Shown: positions 10,486-18,510 of the stretch, in pieces | Position numbering within the stretch: position 1 is the stretch's first letter | Layout: each line of letters begins with the position of its first letter | Origin: a virus | Taxonomy: Duplodnaviria; Caudoviricetes | Virus record (IMG/VR): IMGVR_UViG_3300010429_002123 | Strand: one strand, 5' to 3' | DNA: 64,000 nt | Notes under the pieces: generated by a model | What the model was told of the DNA's origin: nothing | What the model saw: the letters and a program-made list of their open reading frames with translations, nothing else | Databases searched by the model: none | Position numbers and translations under genes: made by a program

Positions 10486-10700
10486 TACACCATGACTCCT
10501 TTAGGAAGACCATCTAGAATAGCTATTTCCGGGGCGTGTACAGCTATTTCTGGGTCGAGTTCACAGAGTACCTTAAAAAGATTTTTAAAGGGCTTTTCAA
10601 TTCTTTTATAAAACTCTTTGTCCAGTTTACTTTGAAGAAGCTGGTCACGAAAGACCTCTTTCATCATCTCTATCTCTTTTTCTGTCATTTTCTTGTCCAT
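10485..10700 (-). CDS. Small partner protein of the zincin array
   Basis: ATG after GAGGTG. C-terminus EIAILDGLPKGVMV. Close paralog of 13784..14005. Confidence 0.75.
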   Translation of the reverse strand: MDKKMTEKEIEMMKEVFRDQLLQSKLDKEFYKRIEKPFKNLFKVLCELDPEIAVHAPEIAILDGLPKGVMV

Positions 10701-10721
10701 ACTTTTCACCTCTTTAATAAT

Positions 10722-10750
10722 AACATAGCACGTTTTGTCAAACTTGTCAA
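10722..10750 (-). promoter_or_regulatory. Sigma70/sigmaA-type promoter inside the zincin array
   Basis: Minus strand TTGACA-17 nt-TATGTT with extended TG. Confidence 0.65.
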
Positions 10751-10770
10751 GCCCTTTTTTACAACAATAT

Positions 10771-12234
10771 TTAGTCTTTATCGGGCTTCAGAAACCACTT
10801 TACTAACTTTTTCTCTAATCTGGGCTGTCTTTCAAAATCTAATTTATCTAAAGTTTTTTTATACTCTTTTAAGTCTTCTTTTGAATAACTGTAGGCGAAT
10901 TTAGCGAATTCCATCGCTTTTTTCTTTTCGTCGGGGGTCAGTTTTCCCCACCGAATGTCCCCAAATTCCTTTTCAGAAATTATACCATGTTCTTTAGCTT
11001 TTGTCATTATATGTTTGTAATTGAGTGGGCTATTCAGGGCTTCTATCCCATACTTTAGAGAGTTTGACCAGTCCTCCACGGTTTTTTTGTCCCCGGTTTT
11101 AGCCCCCTTTAAGTCCTCAAGGATACTATCTCTGTCTCCGGCGTGTTTTTCCAGCATATTAGCAAGAGTCACAACGACTTCGTCTTGATAACTGCCTAAA
11201 TCGGGAATGTGGGCATCTGAGAAATACTCAACAGTAAACTTTCTTGCCAATAACTCTGTGACAGCCTCCTCTTTGTCTAAGTTTATAGAAGTAACGTTTC
11301 TGGCAGACTTAAAGGGGTCATTTGTGTCTTTGCCCTTTAAATCCTCGGGGTCAAATCCTAGTTTTTCCGCCTGTTTTAAAAAGGCGGAAAGACTCTTTTG
11401 TTCCGGGATAAGAGCGAGGTTATTTAACTGACCAAGAGTATACTTCATCCCCTCTCTCCTGCCCCCGAACAAGTCCCCAGACAGTTCGTAAGCCTGATTA
11501 AACATCTCTCTGGACATCTTAAAAGTCGGTGGAATAAGGGTGTTATTCGGGTTTATAGCGTGGGCTAATTCCGACCCTACAAACTGTCCTTCAGCAGTCT
11601 TTGCAATTCCATGAAGGTACTCATGGGCTATAACCGTAAACTCCCCGGTTACTGTTGGCGAATAAGGTTGCTCATTAGAGAGGTTTTCCATAGTAGAAGG
11701 TTGAAAGCACGCTGTTGGAAGTTTGTTTGGGTAACCTGCCAGTTCGCAAAAGGCATAAAAATTTCTATTGTTATAGTTTTCACCGAATCTTTTTTCAAAT
11801 TCTTCTTTGGTCTGAGCCATGAAAATGTTTACTGAAGGTGTCTGAATTTTTAAAAAGTCCTGGCAGAGCCTGTTGTGGACTTCTGTAGCCAGTATTTTAG
11901 TATTTGCGTAAGATTTTATCTTTTTTGTCTCTTCTGAATCAGAATCCTTTAGTTTCTGCCAGCCGGGCAGGTTTTCAAGGGAAACTTTTTCAGGTCTGGT
12001 TTCCTGGTGACGGCTCCCTCTTTGTCCCCGTAGGAGCTCGTCGGCCTGTTTTATTCTGTCGAAGAAAGGGTTTATGGTGGCAGAAGGACTTGTATGTCTT
12101 ATCCAGTTTCCCGAACCTATTCCACCATCCTTAGGGGGTCCACCCTCGGAGAGTTTGTTCTGTATGAGTAGAGATAAATAGGCAGGGTTTTCTTTCCCAA
12201 GATTTTTAAGAATTTCTTTTGTTGTCATCAGCAA
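10771..12234 (-). CDS. Zincin-like metallopeptidase paralog 7
   Basis: KLSE-GGPPKDGGIGSGNW, HEYLH, EEAVTELLARK. Confidence 0.75.
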   Translation of the reverse strand: MLMTTKEILKNLGKENPAYLSLLIQNKLSEGGPPKDGGIGSGNWIRHTSPSATINPFFDRIKQADELLRGQRGSRHQETRPEKVSLENLPGWQKLKDSDSEETKKIKSYANTKILATEVHNRLCQDFLKIQTPSVNIFMAQTKEEFEKRFGENYNNRNFYAFCELAGYPNKLPTACFQPSTMENLSNEQPYSPTVTGEFTVIAHEYLHGIAKTAEGQFVGSELAHAINPNNTLIPPTFKMSREMFNQAYELSGDLFGGRREGMKYTLGQLNNLALIPEQKSLSAFLKQAEKLGFDPEDLKGKDTNDPFKSARNVTSINLDKEEAVTELLARKFTVEYFSDAHIPDLGSYQDEVVVTLANMLEKHAGDRDSILEDLKGAKTGDKKTVEDWSNSLKYGIEALNSPLNYKHIMTKAKEHGIISEKEFGDIRWGKLTPDEKKKAMEFAKFAYSYSKEDLKEYKKTLDKLDFERQPRLEKKLVKWFLKPDKD

Positions 12235-12236
12235 TG

Positions 12237-13787
12237 TTACCTTTCTAAAAACCAGTGAAGAATTTTCGATTCCAGGTCATAGTCTCTTCTCACTTTTATT
12301 CCTCGTAAAGTCTTTTCCTCGGCGGTCAGGCGGGACGTTTTCTCTTCTTTTGAAAACCATTTTGGGAACGCTTGTTCTGATTCTTTTAAACGGGCATTTA
12401 ACTCTTCTTTTGAATAACTTCCTTTTATAGAGTCAAATTCTGTAGCTGAGATTACTCCGTGTTTTAAGGCTGAGGTCATCATGTGTTTGTAGACTTTCTC
12501 GCTGTTTAGAGCCTCTACGCCATACTTTAAAGAGTTTGCCCATGACTGGACGGAAGGAATGTCCCCGTTTCGAGCCTGTTTTAAATCTTCAAAGGCCGAT
12601 TTTTTGTCTCCCCCGTGCTTTTCCAGCATGTTTCCAGCGAGAACCAGACTGTCATCATGGTATGAAGTCATACTGTCAGACAGACGTTTTGAATCTGCTG
12701 TGGGAACGTTTTCAAGTGTAAATTTTCTGGCTAAAAGTTCCGTGACAGCCTCCTCTAAGTTTACTTTAATGGGAGAAGAAGACTTTAAATTCGAAAAGGG
12801 GTCTTCAGACGTCCCTCTTTTTAAGTCCTCAGGGTCAATGCCTATTTCTTTTACTCTGGAGAAAAGGTCTTCCAGGCTGTTCGCCCCGTGGGTAGACAGC
12901 TCGTCCCGTAGCCATGATAATTTTTCAAGCTGAGAACGGGAATACTTTCTCCCTTCGGCATCTTGCACACGTCCTAGAGCCAGCTCTGTCTCTATTGGAA
13001 TGGTAAAAGTGGAATCTAATTCACTTTTTGGGAGAGACACGGAGAGGAGAGCAGGTAAGTCGTCTTTTCTACTTTCCGGGAGAGCATGTAAGAGTTCATG
13101 TGCCAACACTTTATATCTGTCTGCTGTGGTGTTTTCATCTTCCCCACTCATCTCCCTTGCGGTAATGTCGGAAAATACTACCAGTGGGGGGTGTTTACTT
13201 CTGTCGCAGAAGGCGGGAACACCTGTGCGGTCGTCTCTTCCCCTGAGTTGGGAAAACTCCAGGTCGTCTACCACAGCTATTTGAAAGGTAGTGTCTTTTA
13301 TGCTTAGCAAGTCGGCACTTACTTTTCTCGCCACGTCCCTTGCTACGAGTTTCAAATTGTGTGTTTCTTTTTGCAGTCTTCTTTCTGGAGAGTCCTCTTC
13401 TCTATTTATAATCTCCCACCCTTTAAGGGTCTGGGGGTAAGAAGGAGGCTTTCTTGGGGTTGATATGGGAGACTTCGTCGAGGAAGTCGGAGAAGAGTCA
13501 GCGTTGTGCAGGTCAGAAAGAATGTCTCCCCCCGTAAGAAGTGAAAACAAGTCCTCAAACTCCTTGTCAGATTTCTCTTTTTCTTTTCTCTCAATGTCCC
13601 TCTGGATTATGCTATTAAAAACAGGATTGTTAGACGTGTGTCTTATCCAGTTACCACTCCCAACTCCTCCGTCTTTCGGAGGACCTCCTTCGGAAAGAGC
13701 ACGAAAGACAAGAGTAGACAGATATACAGGGTTGCTGTGCTTTTTTTCCTGCAGTTCGCTTATGAGTTTGCGTATGTCCGTTCTCAT
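12237..13787 (-). CDS. Zincin-like metallopeptidase paralog 8
   Basis: ALSE-GGPPKDGGVGSGNW, HELLH, EEAVTELLARK. Confidence 0.75.
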   Translation of the reverse strand: MRTDIRKLISELQEKKHSNPVYLSTLVFRALSEGGPPKDGGVGSGNWIRHTSNNPVFNSIIQRDIERKEKEKSDKEFEDLFSLLTGGDILSDLHNADSSPTSSTKSPISTPRKPPSYPQTLKGWEIINREEDSPERRLQKETHNLKLVARDVARKVSADLLSIKDTTFQIAVVDDLEFSQLRGRDDRTGVPAFCDRSKHPPLVVFSDITAREMSGEDENTTADRYKVLAHELLHALPESRKDDLPALLSVSLPKSELDSTFTIPIETELALGRVQDAEGRKYSRSQLEKLSWLRDELSTHGANSLEDLFSRVKEIGIDPEDLKRGTSEDPFSNLKSSSPIKVNLEEAVTELLARKFTLENVPTADSKRLSDSMTSYHDDSLVLAGNMLEKHGGDKKSAFEDLKQARNGDIPSVQSWANSLKYGVEALNSEKVYKHMMTSALKHGVISATEFDSIKGSYSKEELNARLKESEQAFPKWFSKEEKTSRLTAEEKTLRGIKVRRDYDLESKILHWFLER

Positions 13788-14005
13788 ACCATTACCCCTT
13801 TAGGAAGACCGTCTAGAATAGCTATTTCCGCCCCGTGACAAGATATTCGGGGGTCGTATTGGATAAGTTCAGTATATAGTTTTTTAAAGGGCTTTTCAAT
13901 CTCTTTGTAAAAGTTTTTGTCCAGTTTGCTCTGGAGAAGCTGGGCTTTAAAAAGCCTCCTCATGTTTTCTAGTTCTTTCTCGGATTTTTTAGGTAACTTT
14001 CCCAC
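13784..14005 (-). CDS. Small partner protein of the zincin array
   Basis: C-terminus EIAILDGLPKGVMV. ATGA overlap with the downstream zincin. Confidence 0.75.
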   Translation of the reverse strand: MGKLPKKSEKELENMRRLFKAQLLQSKLDKNFYKEIEKPFKKLYTELIQYDPRISCHGAEIAILDGLPKGVMV

Positions 14006-14006
14006 A

Positions 14007-14204
14007 TTACACCTCTTTTACTTCTTTAATTACTGTTCCTAAAGTGAAACTCGCTCTGTAGCGTTCTTTACACTCCGTACAAGCGTAAGTGATTTCAACC
14101 TGGTCGGGAATGTTTCCCGCCAGAGGAACCCGGGTATGGGTTCGTATGAAAGAGTCATTCTCACAGTTACTACACGTTTTCATTAAAACTTTCTTTTTTG
14201 CCAT
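14007..14204 (-). CDS. Small zinc-ribbon protein
   Basis: CSNC and CTEC pairs, GAGGT RBS. Confidence 0.6.
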   Translation of the reverse strand: MAKKKVLMKTCSNCENDSFIRTHTRVPLAGNIPDQVEITYACTECKERYRASFTLGTVIKEVKEV

Positions 14205-14218
14205 GACATATCTACCTC

Positions 14219-15622
14219 TTAATCTTCCTTTATATTATAGAACCATTTTAGAATGGCCTCTTCAGTGCGTAAAGACCTCTGGGGAGAATACTTTTTCTTG
14301 TTCACCATTTCAGCGACCTCATGAGGCTTTAACCCCGATTTGTTAAGTGTGTTCATGTAACTTGAAAGCACACTTTCAGGAAGGTTACTTCTCTCCCTGT
14401 AATTTTGAAGTTCTTTGCTGTCTATTATACCATGTTTATGGGCTGTTTCCATCAGGTGCGTATAAGCTTGTTTATTATTAAAAACTTCAATACCAAACTT
14501 TAATGAATTCGCAAAGTCCTGGTTTTCTTTTTTTCCACCCATACGAGCAGTCTTTAAGTCTGAAAGAGCGGAGTCTCTATCCCCCTGATGTTTGTCCAAC
14601 ATGTTTGCAAGAAGAGCCACGGTTTCAAGAGGGTAGTTACCCTCGGTAAGAAATTTTGAACTCGTGTTTCCAATAAGTTCCTTAGTATAATGCCTTGCTA
14701 AAACTTCTGTGATGGCTTCTTCTTTATCGAGGTCTATTCTACTGTGTTGACCCAGTTTAGAGGAGTCTATATGTGCGAGGTTTATACCTACTTTTTCAAT
14801 CTCTTTTATGATTGCCTCTTCTGTGGGTCGAGTTCTGTAAGAGAGTCTGTTTACTTGTTCTTCCGTGTATAGCGGGTTACCGTTTTCGTCTTGTAATTTC
14901 AACAGTGCCTGACGGGTTTCTAAGGGTACGGAGTAGGCTCTTGGGAAAGTTTCTTTTGTGTTGGGTGTTGCACTGACATAAGTGTCTCCTTTGGAGGCAA
15001 GAAAGTCTGCTTCAGAAACGGCTTGCGGGGGAATAGCATGTATGTTTTCGTGCACAATAACGGAAATAGCCCTTTGCTGGTCTTCGGACAGAGTTCCTTC
15101 TATCTGGCCTATCTCCATAGAAGTATCAGCTTTAAAAACGGTAGAGATAGGTGTTCTGTTTCTGTTACAGAAAGCCACAATTCCTATGATGTTACCCTGT
15201 CCGAACAGTCTTTGAAACTCTTCAGAGGTTTTGGTCTGTATGATATTTAAGTTTTTCGGATTTGTTCCCAGTTCTTTGGAAAGCCTGTTGTGTAAGTCCT
15301 CCGCAAAAATCTTTGCGTTAGAAAAAGATTTGTTTTTTCGTGTGTCTTCCGAGTCTTCGGCGGATATTTTTTGCCAGCCCTCCAGAGTTTCCAGAGGTTT
15401 CTGAGCCTCTTTCACGGGGGGTAAATGAAGAGCCCAGTCTCTGTCGATGAGTTTATTAAAAATCGGATTATTACTTGTGTGTCTGGGGTAGTTTCCACTA
15501 CCTGGACCATCGGCAGAGGGTGGTCCTCCCTCGGCTAACTTTCTGGAGACAAGAAGAGTCAGTGTGGCGGGGGAAGAGTAACCTTCATTCTTTAACATAG
15601 AATACAAACAAGAATTAAGCAT
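14219..15622 (-). CDS. Zincin-like metallopeptidase paralog 9
   Basis: KLAE-GGPPSADGPGSGNY (variant), HENIH, EEAITEVLARH. Start set at ATG 15622. Confidence 0.75.
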   Translation of the reverse strand: MLNSCLYSMLKNEGYSSPATLTLLVSRKLAEGGPPSADGPGSGNYPRHTSNNPIFNKLIDRDWALHLPPVKEAQKPLETLEGWQKISAEDSEDTRKNKSFSNAKIFAEDLHNRLSKELGTNPKNLNIIQTKTSEEFQRLFGQGNIIGIVAFCNRNRTPISTVFKADTSMEIGQIEGTLSEDQQRAISVIVHENIHAIPPQAVSEADFLASKGDTYVSATPNTKETFPRAYSVPLETRQALLKLQDENGNPLYTEEQVNRLSYRTRPTEEAIIKEIEKVGINLAHIDSSKLGQHSRIDLDKEEAITEVLARHYTKELIGNTSSKFLTEGNYPLETVALLANMLDKHQGDRDSALSDLKTARMGGKKENQDFANSLKFGIEVFNNKQAYTHLMETAHKHGIIDSKELQNYRERSNLPESVLSSYMNTLNKSGLKPHEVAEMVNKKKYSPQRSLRTEEAILKWFYNIKED

Positions 15623-15635
15623 GAGTCGTTCCTTT

Positions 15636-15824
15636 CTAAACAATAACTCCTTCTGGGACTCCGTAGGTGAGAGCTATTCTAAGTTCTGCTCTTCCTAAAT
15701 CTTCAGGTTTTTCTTTTTCTATTCTTTTTCTGAGCTCTTCTATTTTCTTTTCCTGTGACTTTGTAATGTGCCCCTCTTTTAAGTCATTAAGATAATTATA
15801 TAAGTCGTCGATTGGATTTGACAT
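15636..15824 (-). CDS. Small partner protein of the zincin array
   Basis: C-terminus IALTYGVPEGVIV. Confidence 0.65.
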   Translation of the reverse strand: MSNPIDDLYNYLNDLKEGHITKSQEKKIEELRKRIEKEKPEDLGRAELRIALTYGVPEGVIV

Positions 15825-15825
15825 T

Positions 15826-17082
15826 TTAGTTCCCCTTTCTTAGCCAATGTGTTATAAGTGCCTTATGTAAAGTGTCTGAATATTTTGGATTTTCTGAGTC
15901 TGGTCTTGCATATCTGTCTTTCGCAAGTCTCTCTGAGTCTTCTTTTAAATATGTTTTTATTGCTTCTTTTACAGGGAGGAGGTCAGGGTTATCTGTTTTG
16001 TCTATAAGAGCCTGAAGTTTCTCTTTAAAGGCCGTCTGGGAACTCCACATCTTTCCCCTGTATGCCTGGTTGCTTTTTGTGACAACAGGATAGTCGGCCA
16101 TAAAAGCGGAAAGGTGTTCCCTTGAGGGAGAAAGTAATGCCCCTTTTATTTCCTCGTATAGCTTAGAGGTATCCCCATTATGCTTAAGAAGTCCCTGAGT
16201 GAGTAAGAGGGTAGTCTCAAGTTCATAACAGTGAAAGTGAGGGGGTTCGTCCGTAAGAGAGGTAATTACTTTTCCAGCAAGAAGTTCGGTAATTCCTTCC
16301 TGCATACTTCTGGCTCTCTCCTTTGTCTCCTCCCCCCTGACGAAACCAAAATCAGCCCTACGGACAGCTTCTTCCCAAGTCCAGCCATCGGAGCCTTCTC
16401 TTCTATTGTTGTCTTTGGCATGTATTGACTCGTGAACTATAACAGAAGAGGGATTGTTGCACTTAGATTCTCCCCGTGAAGTTGTGGGGTCTATATAGAT
16501 ATTGCCCGTATCTGCTTGATAAAAGCCTAGAATACTTTGAAGTGGAGGTATGCCTCTTTTTGGGTCATAAGATTCGGAAAATTCTTTGTATGAGTCCGGG
16601 ACAATAAGGTCTTTAATGTTCCTCCCTGAAGGGAACTCCTGGTCAAGGTACCGACGGAAATGTTCCTGAAAGAGTAGACAGTTGACCCGGCTTTTATCCT
16701 GTCTCATTTTTATGCCATCATCGGGGGTGATTTCTAGAAAAGGGATTTTACTCTTATCTAACTTGCCATCTATAATAGCGGTAACTTTTTTGTTCTCTTC
16801 AATAGCTTTTTGGGCGAGTTCAGCAGAGAGTCTTACCTTGTCTTTTTCCGGGGTAGGAAACCTTTTCTCCCAGTTAGCTTTGTATTGTTCCCAGTCAAAA
16901 TCGTCAAGGTCATCTTTTTTGCTCCTTGCCGGGTTTGGTTTTTCCGGTCTTATCCAGTTTCCTGAACCTACCCCGCCATCTTTTGGGGGACCACCCTCAA
17001 AAAGTTTTCGACGGAGAAGTAAAGAGAGATAAGAAGGCATAGAACAGCCGTTTGTTCTTAGTGTTTCTGTCAGATTAATCAT
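15826..17082 (-). CDS. Zincin-like metallopeptidase paralog 10 (first gene of the operon)
   Basis: KLFE-GGPPKDGGVGSGNW, HESIH, EGITELLAGK. Confidence 0.75.
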   Translation of the reverse strand: MINLTETLRTNGCSMPSYLSLLLRRKLFEGGPPKDGGVGSGNWIRPEKPNPARSKKDDLDDFDWEQYKANWEKRFPTPEKDKVRLSAELAQKAIEENKKVTAIIDGKLDKSKIPFLEITPDDGIKMRQDKSRVNCLLFQEHFRRYLDQEFPSGRNIKDLIVPDSYKEFSESYDPKRGIPPLQSILGFYQADTGNIYIDPTTSRGESKCNNPSSVIVHESIHAKDNNRREGSDGWTWEEAVRRADFGFVRGEETKERARSMQEGITELLAGKVITSLTDEPPHFHCYELETTLLLTQGLLKHNGDTSKLYEEIKGALLSPSREHLSAFMADYPVVTKSNQAYRGKMWSSQTAFKEKLQALIDKTDNPDLLPVKEAIKTYLKEDSERLAKDRYARPDSENPKYSDTLHKALITHWLRKGN

Positions 17083-17117
17083 GAAATTACCTTTCAAAAA
17101 AGCTCATTAATATCTTT

Positions 17118-17146
17118 ATTATATCACTGGAGACAGGCTGTGTCAA
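17118..17146 (-). promoter_or_regulatory. Consensus sigma70/sigmaA promoter driving the zincin array
   Basis: Minus strand TTGACA-17 nt-TATAAT with extended TG. Confidence 0.85.
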
Positions 17147-17225
17147 AGGATAAGATAAGAGTTTTTCTTCTTCCGGTGTTTAGTCCTAGAGAACAAAATG
17201 TTATTAATAATGTATAAATTTTCTC

Positions 17226-17254
17226 TTGACAACACGGTCATTGTATGTTACTAT
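17226..17254 (+). promoter_or_regulatory. Sigma70/sigmaA promoter upstream of a structured ncRNA
   Basis: TTGACA-17 nt-TACTAT with extended TG. Confidence 0.8.
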
Positions 17255-17263
17255 GGGAAAACA

Positions 17264-17378
17264 GGGAGGGTCTAGACACAAAATTCCCGGCGGAAACCCG
17301 GTCACAGTAGCCTTCTAAGGGAACCTCACTAGTTCTCTCTACCACGGGTTTCACGAAGAAAAGGGTAGTGTCCTCTTC
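17264..17378 (+). ncRNA. Unidentified rod-shaped structured RNA
   Basis: Nested pairings GGGAGG/CCTCTT, GACAC/GTGTC, GAAACCCG/CGGGTTTC, GTAG/CTAC and AGGGAAC/GTTCTCT, just after a promoter. No ORF. Confidence 0.45.
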
Positions 17379-17381
17379 GTT

Positions 17382-17457
17382 GGGGCAGGGTCAGCGTGAT
17401 TAGCTTTACGTGGGAAGTCATTTTGTGAGATGCCTGGTTCAATCCCAGGATGCCCCG
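17382..17457 (+). ncRNA. Degenerate tRNA-like element
   Basis: Acceptor GGGGCA/TGCCCC and T-arm CCTGG-TTCAATC-CCAGG. D and anticodon arms are not canonical. Confidence 0.45.
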
Positions 17458-17523
17458 TATATTAGATTGCCTAAACAGGCAAAAAAGTGGCGTAAAAAGG
17501 TCTTAAATTTTTAAGAAGCCCTA

Positions 17524-17552
17524 TTGACAAGGTTCTTCGTATATGTTATGAT
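17524..17552 (+). promoter_or_regulatory. Sigma70/sigmaA promoter for HU and the tRNA/Y-like RNA operon
   Basis: TTGACA-17 nt-TATGAT with extended TG. Confidence 0.8.
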
Positions 17553-17626
17553 AGCCACATAATACAAATCCAGCACCTGTAAGGCTGGAAGGCTAAAATA
17601 AATTGAATACGAAGGAGGAAATTTTT

Positions 17627-17902
17627 TTGAACAAGATGAATTTAGTGAAGAAAATAGCTGAGGAAACCGGGAAAAAGCAGACAGAGGTGCACTTAATCCT
17701 TACCTCTTTTCTGAAGACAGTGAAAGAAACAGTGGCAAAAGGTGACCCTATACAGTTAATTCCTTTCGGAACTTTTAAAAGAGTTGAAAGGAAAGCAAGA
17801 AAATGTAGGAACCCTAAAACTGGAGCAATTGTGGACGTTCCGGCAAAGAAAGTGCCCAGATTTGTTCCCGGAAGAGAGTTTAGAGACATAGTTGCTTCTT
17901 AA
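17627..17902 (+). CDS. hup: HU/IHF-family histone-like DNA-binding protein
   Basis: MNKMNLVKKIAEE...FGTFKRVERKARKCRNPKTG...VPAKKVPRFVPG. TTG start after AAGGAGG. Confidence 0.92.
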   Translation: MNKMNLVKKIAEETGKKQTEVHLILTSFLKTVKETVAKGDPIQLIPFGTFKRVERKARKCRNPKTGAIVDVPAKKVPRFVPGREFRDIVAS

Positions 17903-17930
17903 ATAAGATAAAATTGAATTTAAAAATATA

Positions 17931-18080
17931 GGCAAACGACTGGGTATATTACCTTACCCACATACACTCGCCCAACGGTAGGGCATAATCTTGAGGAGAT
18001 TACAGTAAGGGTTCAACTCCCTTGTGAGTTCTGGAAACAGAACTTTGTGGTTATAACTCGTGCCCGGTCGTTTGTTTGCC
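17931..18080 (+). ncRNA. Y-RNA-like ncRNA 1 carrying a tRNA-like domain (anticodon GAG)
   Basis: Terminal stem ACGACTGGGTAT/GTGCCCGGTCGT with 3' AACTC motif. Inside: D-arm GCCC-AACGGTA-GGGC, TAATC-TTGAGGA-GATTA, T-arm AAGGG-TTCAACT-CCCTT. Confidence 0.65.
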
Positions 18081-18105
18081 CAAAAATAAAAAGTCAGTAT
18101 TACAT

Positions 18106-18177
18106 GGCGGGGTGGAGCAGAGGTAGCTCGGTTGCCTCATAAGCAACAGGTCGAAAGTTCAAGTCTTTCCTCCGCTA
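18106..18177 (+). tRNA. tRNA-Met(CAT)
   Basis: Cloverleaf with GTTGC-CTCATAA-GCAAC anticodon arm. No encoded CCA. Confidence 0.85.
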
Positions 18178-18182
18178 TTAGA

Positions 18183-18318
18183 AAAGCCGTGCTATAACGT
18201 GTCTTACTTACAAACAAATTAGCTCACTTGGTAGAGCAAAAGTCTTAGGAACTTTAGGTCGTGGGTTCAACTCCCACATTTGTTGCCCAAAAATAGTAAA
18301 ACAGACTCGTACGGCTTT
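18183..18318 (+). ncRNA. Y-RNA-like ncRNA 2 carrying a tRNA-like domain (anticodon TAG)
   Basis: Terminal stem AAAGCCGTGC/GTACGGCTTT with TATAAC and GACTC motifs. Embedded cloverleaf AACAAAT...ATTTGTT with AAAGT-CTTAGGA-ACTTT. Confidence 0.7.
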
Positions 18319-18322
18319 ACCT

Positions 18323-18394
18323 GGGGGTGTAGCTCAATGGTAGAGCACCTGCCCTGCAAGCAGGGGGCTAGTGGTTCAAGTCCACCCATCTCCA
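18323..18394 (+). tRNA. tRNA-Ala(TGC)
   Basis: G3:U70 acceptor, CCTGC-CCTGCAA-GCAGG (C at position 33), T-arm GTGG-TTCAAGT-CCAC. Confidence 0.85.
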
Positions 18395-18397
18395 TCA

Positions 18398-18507
18398 GAG
18401 AGTCCTTACTCTAACGTAAAACGCTTACATACAGCGGACTCAAAATCCGTTCTTTACTGCAAAAAAAGAACTTGTAAACAAGGCGTTCTGAACTTGTGAG
18501 GACTCTT
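18398..18507 (+). ncRNA. Y-RNA-like ncRNA 3 carrying an isolated anticodon arm (CAA)
   Basis: Terminal stem AGAGTCCTTAC/GTGAGGACTCT with TCTAAC and AACTT motifs. Cargo GCGGA-CTCAAAA-TCCGT plus one hairpin. Confidence 0.65.
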
Positions 18508-18510
18508 CAC

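Noticed and set aside
1133-17032. Plus-strand short ORFs opposite the zincin genes (and minus-strand ORFs opposite the structural genes)
   Set aside because: They are antisense shadows of long coding genes, without RBS or recognisable motifs.
17264-17378. SRP (4.5S) RNA
   Set aside because: The size fits, but the conserved domain IV motif with its GGAA tetraloop is absent.
18213-18284. Ordinary tRNA-Leu(TAG), and likewise tRNA-Leu(GAG) near 17960-18030
   Set aside because: Both lack the long variable arm of Leu tRNAs, have weak acceptors without CCA, and sit inside a longer closing stem. A normal Leu(TAG) is present at 19049.
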